NCBI GenBank assembly: GCA_002269645.1
Contig: NIVC01001537.1
Span: 62,001 to 126,000 of the forward strand
DNA: 64,000 nt
Reading direction: 5' to 3'
Source of the DNA: Macrostomum lignano
Lineage: Eukaryota
Shown here: piece after piece, positions 58,545 to 64,000 of the stretch
Layout of the letters: each line of letters begins with the position of its first letter
Numbering within the stretch: position 1 is the first letter of the stretch
Notes under the pieces: model-generated
Seen by the model: only the letters and a program-made list of their open reading frames with translations
What the model was told of the DNA's origin: nothing
The model's database searches: none
Position numbers and translations under genes: made by a program

Positions 58545-59060
58545 TAACTACTAGTTCCGCTCTGGTCATAGAGTCATAGCTTCATGTACTTAGTTCCGCT
58601 CCGGTCATAGACTCAGAGCTACATGTACTTAGTTCCGCTCTGGTCATAGACTTACAGCAACATGTACTAGTTCCGCTCTGGTCATAGACTCACAGCAACA
58701 TGTACTAGTTCGGCTCTGGTCATAGACTCACAGCAACATGTACTTAGTTCCGCTCTGGTCATAGACTCACAGCAACATGTACTAGTTCGGCTCTGGTCAT
58801 AGACTCACAGCAACATGTACTAGTTCCGCTCTGGTCATAGACTCACAGCAACATGTACTAGTTCGGCTCTGGTCATAGACTCACAGCAACATGTACTTAG
58901 TTTCGCTCTGGTCATAGACTCACAGCAACATGTACTAGTTCGGCTCTAGTCATAGACTCACAGCAACATGTACTTAGTTCCGCTCTGGTCATAGACTCAC
59001 AGCAACATGTACTAGTTCCGCTCTAGTCATAGACTCACAGCAACATGTACTTAGTTCCGC
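58545..59060. repeat. 38/39-bp minisatellite (tagttccgctctggtcatagactcacagcaacatgtac)
   Basis: Direct reading. Confidence 0.92.
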
Positions 59061-59296
59061 CACAATTCGCGCCTAAAAGCAGAAATTAAAATCTTTCGCA
59101 CAATTAATTACACGCGTGTATTGTCGGATATTTTTTTTGACGCACTTGCCTCTCATGGGGGCATTGTGTTAGCAATAACAGTTTATGTGCTGCATGCTTG
59201 AGTTTGCCAAACAGGAGCTGACGGGGAGAGAAACAGAGAAAGGTCGGAGTGAAAGGGTCCAATTTCCAAGAAAAACCGCCCTGCAATGGAATCGAA

Positions 59297-59608
59297 TCAT
59301 CGTCTATTAATGCGGTACTGCCGCTTGCCGTAGCGAGGCCGGCTGGCCCAGTACACGTACTGCAGCAGGCTGATCACGTACTTGGCGGCCTCTTCAGGTG
59401 AGCGAAAGTCTTTGGTCTTGCTGCGCTTGCCGAACCGGTAAAGGCTGAGCCAGTAGAAGTACTTGTTGAGGCCCTGCAAGTACTCGTCAACTTCGTCGGC
59501 CGAGTTGAACTTTGTTGGAGCTTCTGGAACTTCTGCCAGGCACCTGGGCGGATCCAGAGTCCCAAAGATGAGCACCAGCACCAGAATTAGAGTTGGGAGT
59601 CGAGCCAT
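59297..59608 (-). CDS. npf: NPY/NPF-family precursor B, 103 aa, two peptides: 34-aa ...WLSLYRF-amide and 31-aa ...WASRPRY-amide
   Basis: ATG at 59608 (MARLPTLILVLVLIFGTL signal), GKR after each peptide, Tyr at -10/-17 and Phe at -26 conserved. The longer ORF start at 59719 runs through low-complexity sequence and is unlikely. Confidence 0.88.
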   Translation of the reverse strand: MARLPTLILVLVLIFGTLDPPRCLAEVPEAPTKFNSADEVDEYLQGLNKYFYWLSLYRFGKRSKTKDFRSPEEAAKYVISLLQYVYWASRPRYGKRQYRINRR

Positions 59609-59864
59609 GGTTTGATTAACTTTAAGATTAAGATTAAGATTAAGATTACGAAGTATACGGAGGAACAGAGGCGGAAAGGTGCAGAGAAACGAGAGTTCCC
59701 ATTCTTTAGGCATTCCCAAAGGATGTCACTTCATATTTTTCAAGCTGCAGATTGCGCATTGATAAATTTTAAGATCGTGTCCATAGTTCCTACTGATAGT
59801 AGTATATGCCGGAAAGCATATTCATGTGCAGTGGTCGTGAAAGCAATGTTAGCTGCACAATTAT

Positions 59865-61560
59865 CATAGACAGTTTAGCTACACAATGGTCATAGACAGT
59901 TTAGCTACACAATGGTCATAGACAGTTTAGCTACACAATGGTCAAAGACAGTTTAGCTACACAATGGTCATAGACAGTTTAGCTACACAATGGTCAAAGA
60001 CAGTTTAGCTACACAATGGTCATAGACAGTTTAGCTACACAATGGTCATAGACAGCTTAGCTACACAATGGTCATAGAAAACTTGGCTACACAATGGTCA
60101 TAGACAGTTTAGCTACACAATGGTCATAGACAGTTTAGCTAAACAATGGTCATAGACAGCCTAGCTACACAATGGTCATAGACAGTTTAGCTACACAATG
60201 GTCAAAGACAGTTTAGCTACACAATGGTCAAAAACAGTTTAGCTACACAATGGTCATAGACAGTTTAGCTACACAATGGTCATAGAAAACTTGGCTACAC
60301 AATGGTCATAGACAGTTTAGCTACACAATGGTCATAGACAGTTTAGCTACACAATGGTCATAGACAGTTTAGCTACACAATGGTCATAGACAGTTTAGCT
60401 ACACAATGGTCATAGAAAACTTGGCTACACAATGGTCATAGACAGTTTAGCTACACAATGGTCATAGACAGTTTAGCTACACAATGGTCATAGACAGTTT
60501 AGCTACACAATGGTCAAAGACAGTTTAGCTACACAATGGTCATAGACAGTTTAGCTACACAATGGTCATAGACAGTTTAGCTACACAATGGTCATAGAAA
60601 ACTTGGCTACACAATGGTCATAGACAGCCTAGCTACACAATGGTCATAGACAGCCTAGTTACACAATGGTCATAGACAGTTTAGCTACACAATGGTCATA
60701 GAAAACTTGGCTACACAATGGTCATAGACAGTTTAGCTACACAATGGTCATAGACAGTTTAGCTACACAATGGTCAAAGACAGTTTAGCTACACAATGGT
60801 CATAGACAGTTTAGCTACACAATGGTCATAGACAGTTTAGCTACACAATGGTCATAGAAAACTTGGCTACACAATGGTCATAGACAGCCTAGCTACACAA
60901 TGGTCATAGACAGCCTAGTTACACAATGGTCATAGACAGTTTAGCTACACAATGGTCATAGACAGCCTAGTTACACAATGGTCATAGACAGTTTAGCTAC
61001 ACAATGGTCAAAGACAGTTTAGCTACACAATGGTCAAAGACAGTTTAGCTACACAATGGTCATAGACAGTTTAGCTACACAATGGTCATAGACAGTTTAG
61101 CTACACAATGGTCATAGACAGTTTAGCTACAGAATGGTCATAGACAGTTTAGCTACACAATGGTCATAGACAGTTTAGCTACACAATGGTCATAGACAGT
61201 TTAGCTACACAATGGTCATAGACAGTTTAGCTACACAATGGTCATAGACAGTTTAGCTACACAATGGTCATAGACAGTTTAGCTACACAATGGTCATAGA
61301 CAGTTTAGCTACACAATGGTCATAGACAGTTTAGCTACACAATGGTCATAGACAGTTTAGCTACACAATGGTCATAGACAGTTTAGCTACACAATGGTCA
61401 TAGAAAACTTGGCTACACAATGGTCATAGACAGTTTAGCTACACAATGGTCATAGACAGTTTAGCTACACAATGGTCATAGACAGTTTAGCTACACAATG
61501 GTCATAGACAGCCTAGCTACACAATGGTCATAGACAGCCTAGTTACACAATGGTCATAGC
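59865..61560. repeat. 26-bp minisatellite (tggtcatagacagtttagctacacaa), about 65 copies
   Basis: Direct reading. Confidence 0.95.
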
Positions 61561-61699
61561 GACTGGAACTCAAGCAGTTCGATCTGTCTGCAACAAAGTA
61601 TTATCTGTTGGTTTCAGTTTGAAGTTTTTCGCGAGAAAGTGCGCTGCATGCAGTGACGAAAATCGAAGAGGTCTTTAAAAGAAATTTTGGGAACAATTG

Positions 61700-62060
61700 C
61701 TACATTTAATCCTCTTCATTTGCATGCAATCTGCTACAAATTCAAGCAAAGTGTTAGCAGCCACTCTCTTTAAACTAACCAATCGTCCTTATCTTAGTCT
61801 GGTTGCTATGGAAACTCGGCGAATGTGGAATTATCAATGGCGCAATTTTGTTCTTCCTCCGGGAAACGAAGGGTCGCAGTGCGAACTGAAATCACGGACG
61901 CATTACGGAGAGGCGAAGAATCGAAAATCAAAGCAGCAGCCTCGTGACAAAAGAGCTGTTTTTTTAATTTCCTCATTCAGCGAAAGGAAATTAGAAAGCT
62001 TAGCAGAATTACAAGAAGGCCTCGTTGAAGATGACACTGTGGCTTAGCAAATAAATTGAA
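61700..62060. promoter_or_regulatory. Conserved non-coding block, copy 2: octamer ATTTGCAT (61718-61725) plus X-box GTTGCTATGGAAAC (61802-61815)
   Basis: Exact match to the GTHNYY-AT-RRNAAC X-box consensus; paralogous to 58225-58500. Confidence 0.6.
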
Positions 62061-62139
62061 ATTGCTTTTTTGAATCTCTTTATTCGGTTTTAACGTCAAT
62101 GGTCATACCTCAGTCTGACCTCAGTCAGCGGAGGATTAT

Positions 62140-62740
62140 GGTCATACAAACTAGTTCCGCTATGGTCATGAGATTTATAGCTACTAGTTCCGCCCTGGTC
62201 ATAGGCTCATAGCTTACTAGTTCTGTTCTGGTCATGAGATTCATAGCTACTAGTTGAGCCCTGGTCATAGGCTCATAGCTACTAGTTCTGCTCTGGTCAT
62301 AGACTCAGCTACCAGTTCTGCTCTGGTCATAGACTCATAGATACTAGTTCCGCTCTGGTCATAGACTCATAGATACTAGTTCCGCTCTGGTCATAGACTC
62401 ATAGATACTAGTTCCGCTCTGGTCATAGACTCATAGCTACGAGTTCCGCTCTGGTCATGGACTCATAGCTACTAATTCCGCTCTGGTCATAGACTCATAG
62501 CTACGAGTTCCGCTCTGGTCATGGACTCATAGCTACTAATTCCGCTCTGGTCATAGACTCATAGCTACGAGTTCCGCTCTGGTCATGGACTCATAGCTAC
62601 TAATTCCGCTCTGGTCATAGACTCATAGCTACTAATTCCGCTCTGGTCATAGACTCATAGCTACTAGTTCCGCTCTGGTCATGGACTCATAGCTACCAGT
62701 TCTGCTCTGGTCATGGACTCATAGCTACCAGTTCTGCTAT
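62140..62740. repeat. 32-bp minisatellite (tagttccgctctggtcatagactcatagctac)
   Basis: Direct reading; paralogous to the 38-bp array at 58545. Confidence 0.92.
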
Positions 62741-62981
62741 AATCCATGTCTGAAAGCAACAATCTAAAGCAGTAGTTCAGAAAGCAGTGGCAAAATAATT
62801 TAGTTTTCACAATTGCACGCGTTTATTGTCGGATTTTATTTTGACGCATCGTGTTAGCAATAACAGTTTGCCAAGTAGGAGCTGTGAGAGACAGAGAGAG
62901 GTTCGAGTGAAGAGGGAGAGACGGGCCAGCAATTGACTCAGTAGGTCCAGTTTCTAGGAAACGCTGCTCAATCCAATCGAA

Positions 62982-63395
62982 TCATCGCCTATCAATGCGG
63001 TACATCCGCTTGCCGAAGCGGGGCCGGCTCATGGAGTGCAGGTACTGGTTGAGGTTGTTGATGTACTCGGCGGCCGCGGCCGGGGTGTCGAAGGAGGCCT
63101 GCCGCTTGCCGAAGCGGGGCCGGCTGACCGAGTGCAGGTACTGGTTCAGGCTGGTCACATACTTGGCGGCCTCGGCTGGCGAGCGGAAGTCGTAGGCGTT
63201 GCCGCGCTTGCCGAATCGGGGCCGGCTGACCGAGTGGAAGTACTTGTTCAGGTAGTGTAAGTACTCGGCCACGTCGTCGGCGGAGGTGAAGTCTTTGTTC
63301 ACCTCCTCGGGCGCTCTGGCCAGAGACTTGGACTGGCCGAGGGCGGCGGCGGACAGGATCAAAAGCAGAAGAGTTGACAGTTGAGCCGCGTTCAT
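62982..63395 (-). CDS. npf: NPY/NPF-family precursor C, 137 aa, three RPRF-amide peptides (39, 31, 29 aa)
   Basis: Signal MNAAQLSTLLLLILSAAALGQS; KSLARAPEEVNKDFTSADDVAEYLHYLNKYFHSVSRPRF-GKR, GNAYDFRSPAEAAKYVTSLNQYLHSVSRPRF-GKR, QASFDTPAAAAEYINNLNQYLHSMSRPRF-GKR; AATAAA at 62822-62827. Confidence 0.93.
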   Translation of the reverse strand: MNAAQLSTLLLLILSAAALGQSKSLARAPEEVNKDFTSADDVAEYLHYLNKYFHSVSRPRFGKRGNAYDFRSPAEAAKYVTSLNQYLHSVSRPRFGKRQASFDTPAAAAEYINNLNQYLHSMSRPRFGKRMYRIDRR

Positions 63396-63514
63396 TTCTG
63401 CTGCTGGGCCGAGGTTGCGGTTGATCAGTTTGTGGGTGCTTGTTTAACCTGCCGTTAGCTGCTAGGCGGGGGGATTTCAGCGCGGCGAGCCTTCGAGATG
63501 CCGGGCTGCCCGGA

Positions 63515-63625
63515 TTTATAGGGGCGGCGCTCGGTGCGTGGGCGGGCCGGCCAGCGGCGACTCGGGGCAGCGATTGGGCTGGGCGGGGCGGCCTTCGGCT
63601 GAGCTGGGGGGCCCGGTAGCAACGA
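63515..63625 (-). promoter_or_regulatory. Promoter of NPF precursor C: TATAAA (63515-63520), GC boxes, CCAAT and an RFX half-site (63617-63623)
   Basis: Motifs read directly, 120-230 nt upstream of the ATG in a CpG-rich patch. Confidence 0.55.
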
Positions 63626-63689
63626 GCTGCTGACCTATCAGTCAGCCTGTTTAGCTGGCACTGTTTAGCTTACATTGGATCAATTTATT

Positions 63690-64000
63690 TGTCTGCCCTA
63701 GTGTCTGCCTTAGTGTCTGCCCTAGTGTCTGCCCTAGTGTCTGTCTTAGTGTCTGCCTTAGTGTCTGCCTTAGTGTCTGCCATGTTGTCTGCCTTAGTCT
63801 CTGCTATAGTGTCTGCCCTAGTGTCTGCCTTAGTGTCTGCCCTAGTGTCTACCTTAGTGTCTGCTTTAGTGTCTACTTTAGTGTCTACCATAGTGTCTGC
63901 CCTAGTGTCTGCCCTAGTGTCTGCCCTAGTGTCTGCCCTAGTGTCTGCCCTAGTGTCTGCCATAGTGTCTGTCTTAGTGTCTGCCTTAGTGTCTGCCATG
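63690..64000. repeat. 12-bp repeat (gtgtctgcccta), running off the window
   Basis: Direct reading. Confidence 0.92.

Noticed and set aside
59609-59719. N-terminal extension of NPF precursor B from the ATG at 59719
   Set aside because: It runs through (ttaatc)n low-complexity sequence and would bury the signal peptide; ATG 59608 aligns with the paralogues.

Overview
Eukaryotic (metazoan) genomic DNA with GC-rich exons. By hand estimate, about 55-60% of the window is micro- and minisatellite arrays that fill introns and intergenic space. This architecture and the NPF genes resemble a free-living flatworm such as Macrostomum (inference, not verified). Genes: (1) an 8-exon polycystin-2 (PKD2/PKD2L1-type TRPP) channel on +, with an apparent pair of mutually exclusive 114-nt exons for the pre-S1/S1 segment; (2) a single-exon secreted basic protein with two pacifastin-like Cys domains on -; (3) two convergent GPI-type Ly6/three-finger genes, one quiver/sleepless-like; (4) a Ror-family receptor tyrosine kinase with a truncated Frizzled CRD, no visible kringle, pseudokinase substitutions and a 1-nt frameshift; (5) a tandem cluster of three intronless NPY/NPF-family precursors on -. 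Each precursor encodes 2-3 amidated peptides instead of the usual one, built from shuffled peptide modules. Two duplicated flanking blocks keep an RFX X-box and a POU octamer. This cluster is the most striking system in the window. Almost all long ORFs in the supplied track are artefacts of tandem repeats. All coordinates were read by hand; no searches were run.
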